Source of the DNA: an uncultured bacterium
Lineage (GTDB): Bacteria; Krumholzibacteriota; Krumholzibacteriia; LZORAL124-64-63
DNA length: 64,000 bases
Direction: 5' to 3'
Assembly: GCA_963732385.1 (NCBI GenBank)
Contig: CAVSZB010000007.1
Coordinates: 160,001 to 224,000 of the forward strand
Part shown: positions 1-9,800 of the stretch, piece after piece
Layout: the number at the start of each line of letters is the position of its first letter
How positions within the stretch are numbered: the stretch's first letter is position 1
Program-made: the position numbers and the translations under genes
The notes under the pieces: model-generated
Told to the model about the DNA's origin: nothing
What the model saw: only the letters and a program-made list of their open reading frames with translations
Databases searched by the model: none

Positions 1-1054
1 GCGCAAGCGCCGCCGCAAATGCCCCGCCGCCTTCATGCACGAATCGATGACACCGGCTGCACAACGTGATCAGGTTTTCCGCCCGGTTCGAGCCCCCCTG
101 GTCGCGCGGCATCACATGATGGACCTCGAGAAAATGCGCCGATCGACATCCCGGCGTTGCGCAGCGGTGCCGATCGCGCGCGAGCACGGCGGCACGCACG
201 GACGGCGGGATGGTCGCGCGGTTCGGTTTGCCAGGCCGTTGCACGCGCGCGTCGCAGGTCAGCGCTTCCAGTTGCGCCGGCGCAAGTCGCCTCTCGCCGC
301 GGCTGGTCGTGACCGCGGCGCGTCCACAATCGGAACATTGCCGGACGACGATCTGGGCCGCCGGCCCGGTCGGCCGCGTGTGTCCGTCCGTGGCGGAGGC
401 GATGACAGCCTCGAGTCCGGCCAGCACCAGGTCGAGCCTGTCGGCGCCGGCCTGCACCAGGCCCAGCTTGTGCGCCTTCTCGACCAGCGCCTCGAATCGC
501 GCCAGCCGGACGCCATCGGCCCGCAGGCTGATGGTGGTCGGCGGGTCGGCGACCGGTTGCACGGGGGCGCTGAAGACCGGTTGCGCGGCAGTGCCGAAGT
601 CCAACTGCGCCACGGACGCTGCCGACGCCGCGGGTCGGCGTTTCCGCGCCTGTCGCACCTGAAATTCGAGTTCGCGCCGGCCGGTCTTGGCCGCCTTCGC
701 GACCCACGCGGTCTGGGTCGCCGCGGTCGCGACGCGGGCGACCTGCAGGGCCTTGGTCCAGCCGATCTCGCCCGTCTCGACCGCCTCGCGCAGGACCGGC
801 AACCGGTCCAGGTCGGCGGCGAGTCGTTTGAACAGGTAGTAGCGGTTGTCGGTGAATCCCAGCGCCTGGGTGGCGTACAGCTGGAGGCTGGCGTGGCCGA
901 GCTGGCGGTACAGGCCGCGGCGCTGCACCTCGGCGAACCAGAGCACGGCACACTTTTGGGCCTGGTCGCAGGCGCCCAGAGCCTGGCGCAACGCGTCATC
1001 GACCTGTGCGGCGGGCAGGCCAGAGGCGAAATCGGGAAGGGCTAAGCTGGCCAT
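1..1054 (-). CDS. HNH endonuclease with DUF222-like N-terminal region (3' end runs off window edge)
   Basis: Hand-translated open frame from ATG at 1054 (MASLALPDFASGLPAAQVDDALRQ...) with no stop before position 1. It ends in the HNH signature RDRHRCATPGCRSAHFLEVHHVMPRDQGGSNRAENLITLCSRCHRFVH. It also has EAVETGEIGWTKALQVARVAT and a CxxC (QCSDCG). Absent from the ORF track. Confidence 0.85.
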   Translation of the reverse strand, partial: MASLALPDFASGLPAAQVDDALRQALGACDQAQKCAVLWFAEVQRRGLYRQLGHASLQLYATQALGFTDNRYYLFKRLAADLDRLPVLREAVETGEIGWTKALQVARVATAATQTAWVAKAAKTGRRELEFQVRQARKRRPAASAASVAQLDFGTAAQPVFSAPVQPVADPPTTISLRADGVRLARFEALVEKAHKLGLVQAGADRLDLVLAGLEAVIASATDGHTRPTGPAAQIVVRQCSDCGRAAVTTSRGERRLAPAQLEALTCDARVQRPGKPNRATIPPSVRAAVLARDRHRCATPGCRSAHFLEVHHVMPRDQGGSNRAENLITLCSRCHRFVHEGGGAFAAALA

Positions 1055-1097
1055 CAGAGCTCGCTATTCCGGGAGGAGGGCGGGGGGAAAGCCTATG

Positions 1098-1131
1098 GCG
1101 AAAATATAGCGAAAACAATCAGCAAACGCAA
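1098..1131 (-). promoter_or_regulatory. Sigma70-type promoter of the HNH gene, overlapped by a direct repeat (possible operator)
   Basis: Minus strand TTGCGT-17 nt-TATATT (1131-1103). GCGAAAA occurs at 1098-1104 and 1109-1115, bracketing the -10. Confidence 0.55.
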
Positions 1132-1571
1132 GTAAAATATAAACATATGACGATGGATGTAAGCCGGTTTCAGGGCAGTCCACAAGGGGTCTGCCAGCCG
1201 CGAGTAGTCGGGCGCGGGCCCGGCGGATCCGGCTGCGGATGTCCTGACGGTTGGCCGACCGCAGCCGGACCGTCATGACCGTTCGGGCCATGGCATCCTG
1301 AAACCTAGCGAGCCGAATGTGGTGGACCGAGACCGGCCTCCGCCGCAGGCGCTGCATTCGTTTGGCACGCGCAGGCACGGCCTCGTCCGCCAAAGTCGAT
1401 AGTCGCCGTCCTTATTAGCGAAGGCCCACCATCATGCGCTTGAGTTGTGCTTAAATCACCGCCTCACCAGTCCGGTTCATCCTGAACGGCGCCCCGGACC
1501 GGAGTTGCCTCTGGGCCGACGGGGAATCGGGGAAAGACAAGCGGACGGTCCCGCTTCAATCGGAGACTCAC

Positions 1572-2780
1572 ATGCGAAGTTCACGAACGTTCCTGCTGAT
1601 CGCCGCCGCCCTGCTGCTGGCCGGCGCAGCAGCCCGGGCGCGCGTCAGCCACGGCTACTCGGGGATCCTCTCCATCACCTACGATCTCGAGACCGTAGGC
1701 GACATCGCGGTGACGGTGAGCCTGTTCCTGTCGACGGACTCGGGCGCGACCTACCCGAATCTTTGCCGGACCGTGACCGGAAACGTCGGCGCCGGCGTCC
1801 TGCCGGGCATCTCCCGCCACATGGTCTGGAACGCGGGCACGGACTTTCCCGGTTTCAGCAGCACGACCTGCCGGCTGCGGGTGACCGCCGACGATGCCAC
1901 GAACATGAGTGACTTCGTTTACATCGCCCCCGGCACCTTCATCATGGGAAGTCCGACGACCGAGCTGGAACGCTATAGCGACGAGACGCAGCATCAGGTG
2001 ACGTTGACTCACGGCATCTACGTGCAGGCCACCGAGGTGACGAACCAGCAGTACCGGGATATGGCGCAGTGGGCGTACGATCATGAGTATGTTATTGTGG
2101 AAAATTACAACCTGCGCGACAACCTGGACGGTTCCAACCAGATCTTGAAATCTCTGTGCGAAGAACTCGACCGCGAAGAACTCGCATTCGGCGCCGGCGT
2201 CTTCTATTGCTTCAACCCGACCCACCCGGTCAAATATGTGACCTGGTACGGGTCGGTGGCGTACTGCGACTGGCTGAGCCTGCAGCAGGGCCTGCCGCGG
2301 GCGTACAACCACAGCACGTGGCAGTGCAACGGGGGGAATCCGTACACGGCAACGGGTTACCGCCTGCCGACGGAAGCGGAGTGGGAGTACGCGTGTCGGG
2401 CGGGGACGCAGACCCCATTCAACACGGGGTCCTGCCTGGATGCGGGTACCGATGCGAACTACAACGGTTCTTATCCCTACTCCGGGTGCCCAATCGGGCT
2501 GTACGTCGGCTGGACGGTGCCGGTGAGAACCTACCCTGCGAACGCCTTCGGTCTGTACGACATGCACGGCAACATGTGGGAGTGGTGCAACGACTGGTAC
2601 GGCACGTATGGAGGAATTGTGACGGATCCGACCGGGCCGGCGGTGGGCTCCAACCGGCTGTCCCGCGGTGGCTTCTTTTTCGGCATCGCGGAGAACTGCC
2701 GCTCAGCCTTCCGGTCCTGCCTCAACCCGGACGGCGTGTTTCCCGTCAACGGGTTCCGTTCTGTGAGGTCGGCCAACTGA
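1572..2780 (+). CDS. Secreted formylglycine-generating enzyme (FGE-sulfatase/SUMF1, C-type-lectin fold) family protein
   Basis: Signal peptide; GTFIMGS, TEVTNQQY, HPVKYVTW, YRLPTEAEWEYACRAG, NAFGLYDMHGNMWEWCNDWY and RGG...GFRSV motifs; GGAG RBS. Confidence 0.9.
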   Translation: MRSSRTFLLIAAALLLAGAAARARVSHGYSGILSITYDLETVGDIAVTVSLFLSTDSGATYPNLCRTVTGNVGAGVLPGISRHMVWNAGTDFPGFSSTTCRLRVTADDATNMSDFVYIAPGTFIMGSPTTELERYSDETQHQVTLTHGIYVQATEVTNQQYRDMAQWAYDHEYVIVENYNLRDNLDGSNQILKSLCEELDREELAFGAGVFYCFNPTHPVKYVTWYGSVAYCDWLSLQQGLPRAYNHSTWQCNGGNPYTATGYRLPTEAEWEYACRAGTQTPFNTGSCLDAGTDANYNGSYPYSGCPIGLYVGWTVPVRTYPANAFGLYDMHGNMWEWCNDWYGTYGGIVTDPTGPAVGSNRLSRGGFFFGIAENCRSAFRSCLNPDGVFPVNGFRSVRSAN

Positions 2781-2852
2781 GGCCGCGTTGCGGCATCAGA
2801 TCTCTTTCCACTTGGTCGCTTGGCCCGAGGTAATACTCGGCGCCCCAATCCC

Positions 2853-3506
2853 CTATCCCGATTCCTCCCCGCCCGTCGCGCATTCCAGGGCCACGGTTCC
2901 GGCCGTGGCCTCCGCAAGGACGGTGGCAAACGCGTTGCGCGTCGCGTTCGGCAGCCACACCTGCCAATCCACCTGCGGGCCGTACTCACGCCAGACCACG
3001 CGTCCGTCGTGTTGCTCCAGCAGGTGAGCGATGGTCTTCTCGAGCGCATAGGCGAAGCGCAGGCGGTGCTCGGCGCCGGGAACCACCAGACGGCGCGGCG
3101 CCGCGGCGAGTGCGGCGGCTGCCGCCGCGCCGTAGGCGCGGCTCAGGCCGCCGGTGCCGAGTTTCACACCGCCGAACCAGCGGGCGACCACCACGATGGC
3201 CTCCGCGAGCCCCGCGTGACGCAGGGCGGCCAGGATCGGTTCACCGGCCGTGCCGGCCGGTTCTCCGGCGTCGCTGCGCAGCTCGCGCCCGCCGGAGCCG
3301 GGTCCGCCCCGCCAGGCGAAACAGATGTGACGCGCGTCATGGTGGCGGCGCGCCAGTTCGGCCACGAGCAGGCGGGCGCCCGCCTCGTCGGCTACCGGCG
3401 CGGCCAGCGCCAGGAATCGCGAGCGTTCGACGCGGATCTCTGCCTCGCCCTGCCCCGCCAGGGTCTCGTATCCGGTGTTCTGCGCGTGCCGGGCTGCGTC
3501 GTCCAT
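2853..3506 (-). CDS. yigZ: IMPACT/YigZ (UPF0029) family protein
   Basis: VERSRFLA, HHDARHICFAW, SDAGEPAGTAGEPIL, VVARWFGGVKLGTGGLSRAY motifs; GGAG RBS before ATG at 3506. Confidence 0.88.
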   Translation of the reverse strand: MDDAARHAQNTGYETLAGQGEAEIRVERSRFLALAAPVADEAGARLLVAELARRHHDARHICFAWRGGPGSGGRELRSDAGEPAGTAGEPILAALRHAGLAEAIVVVARWFGGVKLGTGGLSRAYGAAAAAALAAAPRRLVVPGAEHRLRFAYALEKTIAHLLEQHDGRVVWREYGPQVDWQVWLPNATRNAFATVLAEATAGTVALECATGGEESG

Positions 3507-3657
3507 GTTTCTCCACCGGGATGATCGCCGCCTGTCCGTTCCGGCCATCGGTCGGGAATCATGTCATCCGGCGACCGGGATCCGGCCGCCTGACGGGCCG
3601 CTCCATCGTGTGTACAGCCCAGAAGATGATATGGCAACGGGTTATGATGTGTTTCGA

Positions 3658-3673
3658 TGGCACCGGGATTGCT
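3658..3673 (+). promoter_or_regulatory. Sigma54 (-24/-12) promoter
   Basis: TGGCACCGGGATTGCT matches TGGCAC-N5-TTGCW with the exact GG-N10-GC spacing, about 30 nt upstream of GGAGG/ATG at 3703. Confidence 0.7.
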
Positions 3674-3702
3674 TGCCCCAGGCGATAGCCCACGGAGGAT
3701 CC

Positions 3703-4338
3703 ATGGCTGAAGACTTCCGGAACTGGAAAAGCGCGTGGGCGCCGCGGCTCGTCGGAGCGCTCTGGGGCGCGCTGCTGCTGGGCGTGGCCGCCGCAGCGGC
3801 CGGGGCGAGCCCCGAACCCCGCTCCGCGCTGCGCCGCCCCGATACCCCGGGTGCCGTGTTCGTGGCGGGGCACCTGTCGGTCGGCGGCACTCTCGATCAA
3901 GATTTTCTACGCCCCGGCGGGGGCGCCAGCCTCATCTTCCGGCCCAACGCCGCGGCCGATCTTTTCAGCCCGCTCTACGACTGGAACACCGCGCTGGTGC
4001 TGCAGGGGGACTGGCGCTCGATCTCGCGCGATCGCCGTCTGTTCGGCATCGCCATGCTGCTGCGGCGCTACGTGCGGGACCGTCGGCTGGAGGTGGCCGG
4101 CTCGTCGCCGTTTTTCGGCATTGGCCTGGGAGGGGCCGAGGGGACGATTCCCAGCGCCGATCCCGCCGCCGCCGGGGTGCGGTCCTGGATCTGGCTTGGC
4201 GAAGTGGGCTGGGAGTCGAGCCCCGACGCGTCGAGTCTCTTCTTCTCCCGTTTCCAGTGGCACATCTGGCAGCGCGGCGACCTCGATTACTCCGGGTGGT
4301 CGTTGCAGCTCGGTGCTGGCGTGCCGATCCCCTGGTAG
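3703..4338 (+). CDS. Hypothetical exported protein, probable small outer-membrane beta-barrel
   Basis: GGAGG RBS; signal-peptide-like N-terminus; alternating amphipathic strands (PFFGIGLGG, WIWLGEVGWE, GWSLQLGAGV) and an aromatic C-terminal residue. Confidence 0.6.
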   Translation: MAEDFRNWKSAWAPRLVGALWGALLLGVAAAAAGASPEPRSALRRPDTPGAVFVAGHLSVGGTLDQDFLRPGGGASLIFRPNAAADLFSPLYDWNTALVLQGDWRSISRDRRLFGIAMLLRRYVRDRRLEVAGSSPFFGIGLGGAEGTIPSADPAAAGVRSWIWLGEVGWESSPDASSLFFSRFQWHIWQRGDLDYSGWSLQLGAGVPIPW

Positions 4339-4531
4339 CCGCCGCGACCCGGCGGTCGGGCGTCTGACCGCCCCTGATCGCCGCCGCTCCCGGGCGGTTC
4401 CCTGCCCTGCCGGGCCCAGGAAAAGCGGAGCGAATTATCGCAACCGCGTGTTAGACTGTCGGTGCGCCACGGGGCCTCTGAATCCGTGCCAACCGCCCGG
4501 CGCATGCCGGGACTTCCGCCCGGAGGAAACA

Positions 4532-5353
4532 ATGTCCAGCTTCCTGTCCCGGTCGCGGTGGTCGTGGCCGATGTTGCCGTGGCTGGCCCTGCTGGCCCTG
4601 CTGGCCCTGCCAGCGCCGCGGCAGGCTGCCGCCGCCGACCTGGTCGAACTCTCCGACCCCGAGTATCAGCAGCTTAACGAGGCCGCGGCCCGTTTCGACC
4701 ACCTCGTTCTCGTGGCGCCGGCCACCAGCGGCGTGGGGGTGTGGCTGGTCGCGGGTGACCGGTTCGGTCTCGTGCGGATCGATCACATCACCCACGGGGC
4801 GACCAGGGAGGTCTGGAAGAGCAAACAGCTCAACGGCGTGGTGGAGGAGGTCATTGCGTCCGATCTGGACGGCGACGGTCTCGAGGAGATCATCGCCCGC
4901 ACCAACTCCGGCAACCTCTATGTCTGGAGCATGCCCCGGCTCACCCCGCGTTACGAGAGCCTCGGCTCCGACTTCACGAAAATCCACGCCATGACCACCG
5001 GCAATCTCGATGACGACGAGCAGCTCGAGCTGATCATCAATGCCAACCGGCGGATCTACTACCTCGACGGCAAGAGCTTCAACCGCGAATTCACCAGCCT
5101 GACCGAGTATGAGTGCACGTGCATGCGCTGCGGCGACGTCGATGGTGACCTCACCAGCGAAATCGTGCTCAACACCGGTCAGGTGATCGATGGTCGCACG
5201 GGCGAGGTGGAGTGGTCCGACGAGGTCTTCGGCGCGCGGATCGACCTGGCCGACGTGGACGGCGACGGTATTCCGGAGGTCCTGAGCGAGAGCGACGGGG
5301 CGGTGCTGCGGATCTACGATGTCGACCTGCGCAAGGAGAAGCACCTGCAGTGA
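4532..5353 (+). CDS. Secreted FG-GAP/VCBS-like repeat protein
   Basis: GGAGG RBS; signal peptide; repeated Ca-binding loops DLDGDGLEEI, GNLDDDEQLEL, GDVDGDLTSEI, DVDGDGIPEV. Confidence 0.75.
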   Translation: MSSFLSRSRWSWPMLPWLALLALLALPAPRQAAAADLVELSDPEYQQLNEAAARFDHLVLVAPATSGVGVWLVAGDRFGLVRIDHITHGATREVWKSKQLNGVVEEVIASDLDGDGLEEIIARTNSGNLYVWSMPRLTPRYESLGSDFTKIHAMTTGNLDDDEQLELIINANRRIYYLDGKSFNREFTSLTEYECTCMRCGDVDGDLTSEIVLNTGQVIDGRTGEVEWSDEVFGARIDLADVDGDGIPEVLSESDGAVLRIYDVDLRKEKHLQ

Positions 5354-5493
5354 ATCGTCGCGGGGCGACGGCACGTTGACGATGACGGACTTGCGTCCCT
5401 GCCAGTTCGTGCGCAGCTTGGGGCGTTGCCAGGCGATTCTCGGCGGGCGGCTGACGGGCCCCCGTGGATTCCCACAGGAGAGGGCGGCGTCTC

Positions 5494-6225
5494 ATGGAAC
5501 AGAGCAATATCAGTCTGGCCGTGGCGTTCGGGGCAGGCGTGGCGTCGTTCATTTCGCCCTGCGTTCTGCCGCTGGTGCCGGCCTATCTCAGTTATATGTC
5601 CGGCGTTTCGCTGGCTGACCTGCAGGGGGCGGAGCGGAAGGCCGGAAATCTGCGGCGGGTCCTGCTCTCCTCACTTGCCTTCGTACTCGGTTTCAGCCTC
5701 GTCTTCATCGCCCTGGGTGCTTCCGCTTCGGTGCTCGGTCAGAAGCTGCTGAGCGCGGCGCCGGTCGTGCAGCGGGTGATGGGGGTGCTGGTGATCGTGC
5801 TCGGCGTGCACATGACCGGGATCGTGCGCATCCCCTTCCTTGCCTACGAGAAGCGTTTCCAGGCGGGACAGGGGGCCGGGCTGATGACCAGCTTCGTGAT
5901 GGGGCTGGCCTTCGCTTTCGGCTGGACGCCGTGCATCGGGCCGATCCTGGCCTCGATCCTCGCGGTGGCCGCGAACGAGGGGACGATCGGCAAGGGGATC
6001 CTGCTGCTGGCGGTCTATTCGGCCGGGCTGGGCATCCCGTTTCTGCTGGCGGGGTTGTTCCTGAACGTCTTCTACGCCTTCTTCCGGAAGATCCAGAACC
6101 ATTTCCACAAGATCGAAGTGGTCAGCGGGCTGATTCTGATCGGAGTAGGTCTGCTGCTGGTCCTCGACCAGTTCGGCCGGATGTCGTACTGGTTCTCGAA
6201 ACTGGTGCCGATGAACGTCGGCTGA
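5494..6225 (+). CDS. ccdA: Cytochrome c biogenesis / DsbD-family membrane disulfide transporter CcdA
   Basis: SFISPCVLPLVPAY and AFGWTPCIGPIL motifs; about six hydrophobic segments. Confidence 0.92.
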   Translation: MEQSNISLAVAFGAGVASFISPCVLPLVPAYLSYMSGVSLADLQGAERKAGNLRRVLLSSLAFVLGFSLVFIALGASASVLGQKLLSAAPVVQRVMGVLVIVLGVHMTGIVRIPFLAYEKRFQAGQGAGLMTSFVMGLAFAFGWTPCIGPILASILAVAANEGTIGKGILLLAVYSAGLGIPFLLAGLFLNVFYAFFRKIQNHFHKIEVVSGLILIGVGLLLVLDQFGRMSYWFSKLVPMNVG

Positions 6226-6267
6226 TCGCGCCGCGCGGCGGCGCGATCTGACCCCGAAAGGATTGCA

Positions 6268-6822
6268 GTGAGCCGTATATCACGATACCTGATCGTCACC
6301 GCGTTATTCACGGTGCTCGCCGCCGGCTGCGGCGGCGCCGGCAAGGAGACCGCGGATAAGAACCCTGCCGGCAAGACCGCCGCCGTGGCGCCGGTCGGCC
6401 CCGATTTCGTCCTGAAGGATCTCAATGGCAATGTCGTGCGCCTTGCCGACCTGCGCGGCAATGTCGTGATCGTCGATTTCTGGGCCACCTGGTGCCCGCC
6501 CTGCCGCCAGGCCCTGCCGCACCTGCAGGCGATCAGCAACGAATACGGCGGTCGCGGCGTGAAGATCGTGGCGATCGCGATGGATGATCAGGGCGAGTCG
6601 GTGGTGCGGCCGTTCGTGGCGAAGAACAACCTGACGTTCACCGTGGTGCTGCCGGACGCCCAGGTCGATCGGGCCTTCGGTGGCGTTCGTTCTCTGCCCA
6701 CGACGTTTGTCATCGGGCCGGACGGGAAGATCTTCAAGAAGCTTGTCGGCTTCGACCCCAACCGCACGCCGCAGACCCTGGTCGAGGCGATCAAGACGCT
6801 CAAGCCGGAACTGACGTCGTAG
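6268..6822 (+). CDS. TlpA/ResA-like thiol-disulfide oxidoreductase lipoprotein
   Basis: Lipobox LAAGC; DFWATWCPPC active site; SLPTTFVI cis-Pro loop; directly downstream of ccdA. Confidence 0.9.
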   Translation: MSRISRYLIVTALFTVLAAGCGGAGKETADKNPAGKTAAVAPVGPDFVLKDLNGNVVRLADLRGNVVIVDFWATWCPPCRQALPHLQAISNEYGGRGVKIVAIAMDDQGESVVRPFVAKNNLTFTVVLPDAQVDRAFGGVRSLPTTFVIGPDGKIFKKLVGFDPNRTPQTLVEAIKTLKPELTS

Positions 6823-6835
6823 GGCGCGGCCGGCC

Positions 6836-9800
6836 TCAGGCCGGGCCAAGCAGCTCCTCGACCCTCCACCCGGAGCGTTCTCCCGCCGTCTGCAGATTCG
6901 CCAGCAGCTTCTCCCGGCGCGCCGCTTCGGCGGCGCGCCGTGTCTTTGCCGGCGGACCATCCAGATCCAGATCGACCTCCGCCACCTCACGCAGCCAGGT
7001 CAGCAGCTCCGCGAAAGCCTCTGCATCCAGCCACAGGACCCCCTGCCAACGGTTCACGCCGAGCAACTGACGGACCGTTTCATCCCGGAACAGATCGGCG
7101 AGCACGGCGCGTGGCTCCGTGGAGGCGAACCAGGACTGGTGCGCGATCAGCGCTCGCAGCCAGCCTACGGCGCGCCACGCAGCCTCTCCGGATTCACCCC
7201 GCTCCACCAGCGCAGCGGCGACCAGACGTCCGAGCTGCCACTCGTCGAGCCGGCTGCGCGCGACCTCGGCCGCGTCCCCGGCCGCGGTCACGCGGCCCAG
7301 ATCCCTCAGCAGCGCCCAGGTCGCCAGCAGTGCGTCGCGCGAAACGTCGCGTGGTGAGCCGCCCCCGGATGTGGTGACGGCCGCGGGATTCAACGTCGCG
7401 GGCGCGCGGGTCGGCGTGGGCCCGGCCGGGACGGAAGGAGGTGCGTGCGAGGTGGACGCCGGCGTCGCCGCCGACCGCGTGGCTGAGGCGGCCCGCGCGA
7501 CGATGATCTCCAGCGTTCTGCGCGCCCGGGCGGCCACTGCGGCAGGTGTGTCCGAAGCGGCGACGGCGGCATGGTCACGGGCGCGGCCGAGGAACTCGCG
7601 CAGCAGCACTTCGATGGCGTCGAGGGCTGCCGCATCGGGGGGAGAAGGCGCGGCCTGCGCCGGTGGCAGCAGTCGCCCGAGACCTTCCATGCCGAGCAGC
7701 GCGCGCAGTGGTGCGTGCACCGGTTGCAGGCAGATCTGTTGCAGCGCCTCGGCCACGCTAGGCACGCCGCGGCCGCCGAGGAAGGCGCACAGTTCAGCGT
7801 ACGGCTGGGCGCGACTGTCGCGGACCTCGCGGAAGTCGAGAAAGACGTGGCGTGAGTACGCTTCCAGTTCGACGAAGATTCCCTGCGCGTGCAGGTCGGC
7901 GCCGGCGCGCACGAACTCCAGCTCGCCGACGTGGTCGCGGAAAATGACGAACCGCCCTGGGCCCGGGTCCAGTCCCAGACCCTCGCCGAGCGCGCGCCGC
8001 GTGAGGCTGCGGCCATCGCCTGCGCGCAGGGCCACTGGCGTCGACAGGCGGATCCAGCCGGCGGTGGAAGCGAATCGGTTGTGATAGACGACCAGCGCCC
8101 GTTCGTCGCCCTCGCGATTCGAATAGGCGAAGACATCCTCGTTGACCGCGCCGTCGGGTGCGTGGAAATCGTAGAGCAGGAAGTTCTCCACGCCCGCAAA
8201 AAGGCGGCGGCGGTGAAGCAGCGGGCAGATCTCGTGCTCGTGCCGGCGCACGAGTTCCTCGTTCGGCTGCTCGTCGCGGTAGGCGCGCCGATATTCCATG
8301 CCGTACTTCTCGGTGAAGCCTTCGACCTGTCCGTGGCCGAACATCGGGAGTCCGGGCAGCGTGGCCAGCAGCAGGCAGACGCCAAAGTACTTGTCGCCGT
8401 CGCCGAACTGGGCGATGGCCGTCTCTTCGTCGGGGTTGTTCATGAAGTTGACGAAACGCTTGAGGATTTCGGGATCGAACTCCAGCACGTTGCGCAGCGT
8501 CTGCCGGTACTTCGCGTTCTCCTCCATTTTCAGCATGTTCATGAAGGCGCTGTTGTAGACGCGGTGCATGCCCAGGGTGCGGACGAAGAACCCCTCCATC
8601 AGCCAGAACGCCTCGGCCAGAAGCAGGGTGTCGGGCGCCTCGCGCGCGACCCGCTCCACTACGTCCCGCCAGAACTCGGTCTGCATGGCGGCGTCGAACT
8701 GCTCGCGGGTCAGGCCGTGTCCGGCGCGCGACGGGATGTCGCCACCCGCTCCGGGCTGGGGGAACCAAAGTCGGTGGAAGTGACGCTTCGTGAGGGTCAT
8801 CGCCGCGTCGAAGCGGATGATCGGGAAGAGCGATGCGGTGTGCAGGATCGTGCGCGCCACCGCTTCGCGCACCGCGGGATTGAGGTAGTCGAGCTGTGCC
8901 GTGTCGTTCCATGGCATGCCGGTGCCGTCGTTGCCGTGGTAGATGTAGCTGACGGATCCGTTTTCCCGATCCACGCGCTTGAAGGTAACGGCCGCGTCGG
9001 TGCGATCGTAGTAGTGGTCCTCGAGGAAGATCTCCATCCGTCCGTCAGATGAAAGGTTCGGCCCGTTGAAGCTGTAGGCCGGGAATGGCGGCTGGTCGAG
9101 GCGAACGAACCAATCGGGGTGTTCCCGCACCCACTGTCCGTCGATGCCGACGTGATTCGGCACCATGTCGCCGGCCAGACGGATGCCCCGGCGCCATGCC
9201 CGCTCGCGCAGGTCCAGCAGGGCCGGTTCGCCGCCGAGATCGGCGGCAACGGTGTAGTCGTGCAGGGAGTAGGCGGAGGCGACCGCGTCGGGGTTGCCGC
9301 AGAGCCGTTTGATGCGCTGAGAGGCGTTGCTGCGTTCCCAGACGCCGATCAGCCAGAGTCCGGTGAAGCCCCAGCGCGCCAGCCGGTCGAGTTCGGAATC
9401 GGGAATGTCGCTCAGAAGCGTCAGCGGGCGGCCGTACCGTTTCGACAGCTGATCCAGCCACACGTGCACGCTCTTGGCAATCAGCACCAGGCGTGGCATC
9501 CAGTCGAGATCGGGGCTGTAGTGTTCGGATTCCGCGTCGGAGTCGCCTGGCGCCGTCCGGTCGAAGCGCAGCACCTCCGTAGCGGTGGGTGCCCGGCCGC
9601 CCGCGCTCCATTCGCGCCAGCGCCGCTCCTCGCGCAGCAGGTCCAGGCCGCTCAGCAGGCGCCAGAGACGGTCACCAAGCAGGTGCCCCCACCGCTCGCG
9701 GATGAACTCGAGTTGCCCGCTGAGTGAATGCGGCACGGCGCGGGCCGGCGCCTGCAGCATTTCGAGCAGGCTCTGGCTTTCGGGGCCGAAAGGGGGATGG

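Noticed and set aside
33..1045. Track ORFs 33-953, 35-1045 and 259-999
   Set aside because: The real gene is in another minus-strand frame (ATG 1054, HNH motif) that has no stop inside the window.
1228..1269. 11-bp inverted repeat TCCGGCTGCGG/CCGCAGCCGGA between the HNH and FGE genes
   Set aside because: Single GC-rich hairpin with no T-tract and no second copy noticed; not enough to assign a function.
1572..2780. FGE-domain gene as SenA/EgtB of a selenoneine pathway with the GT4 and Se genes
   Set aside because: It has a signal peptide, lacks the DinB-like iron-binding domain of EgtB/SenA, and lies about 34 kb from the yqeBC cluster.
4582..4608. (GCTGGCCCT)x3 tandem repeat
   Set aside because: In-frame 9-mer encoding Leu-Ala-Leu in a signal peptide; copy-number change would not shift the frame.
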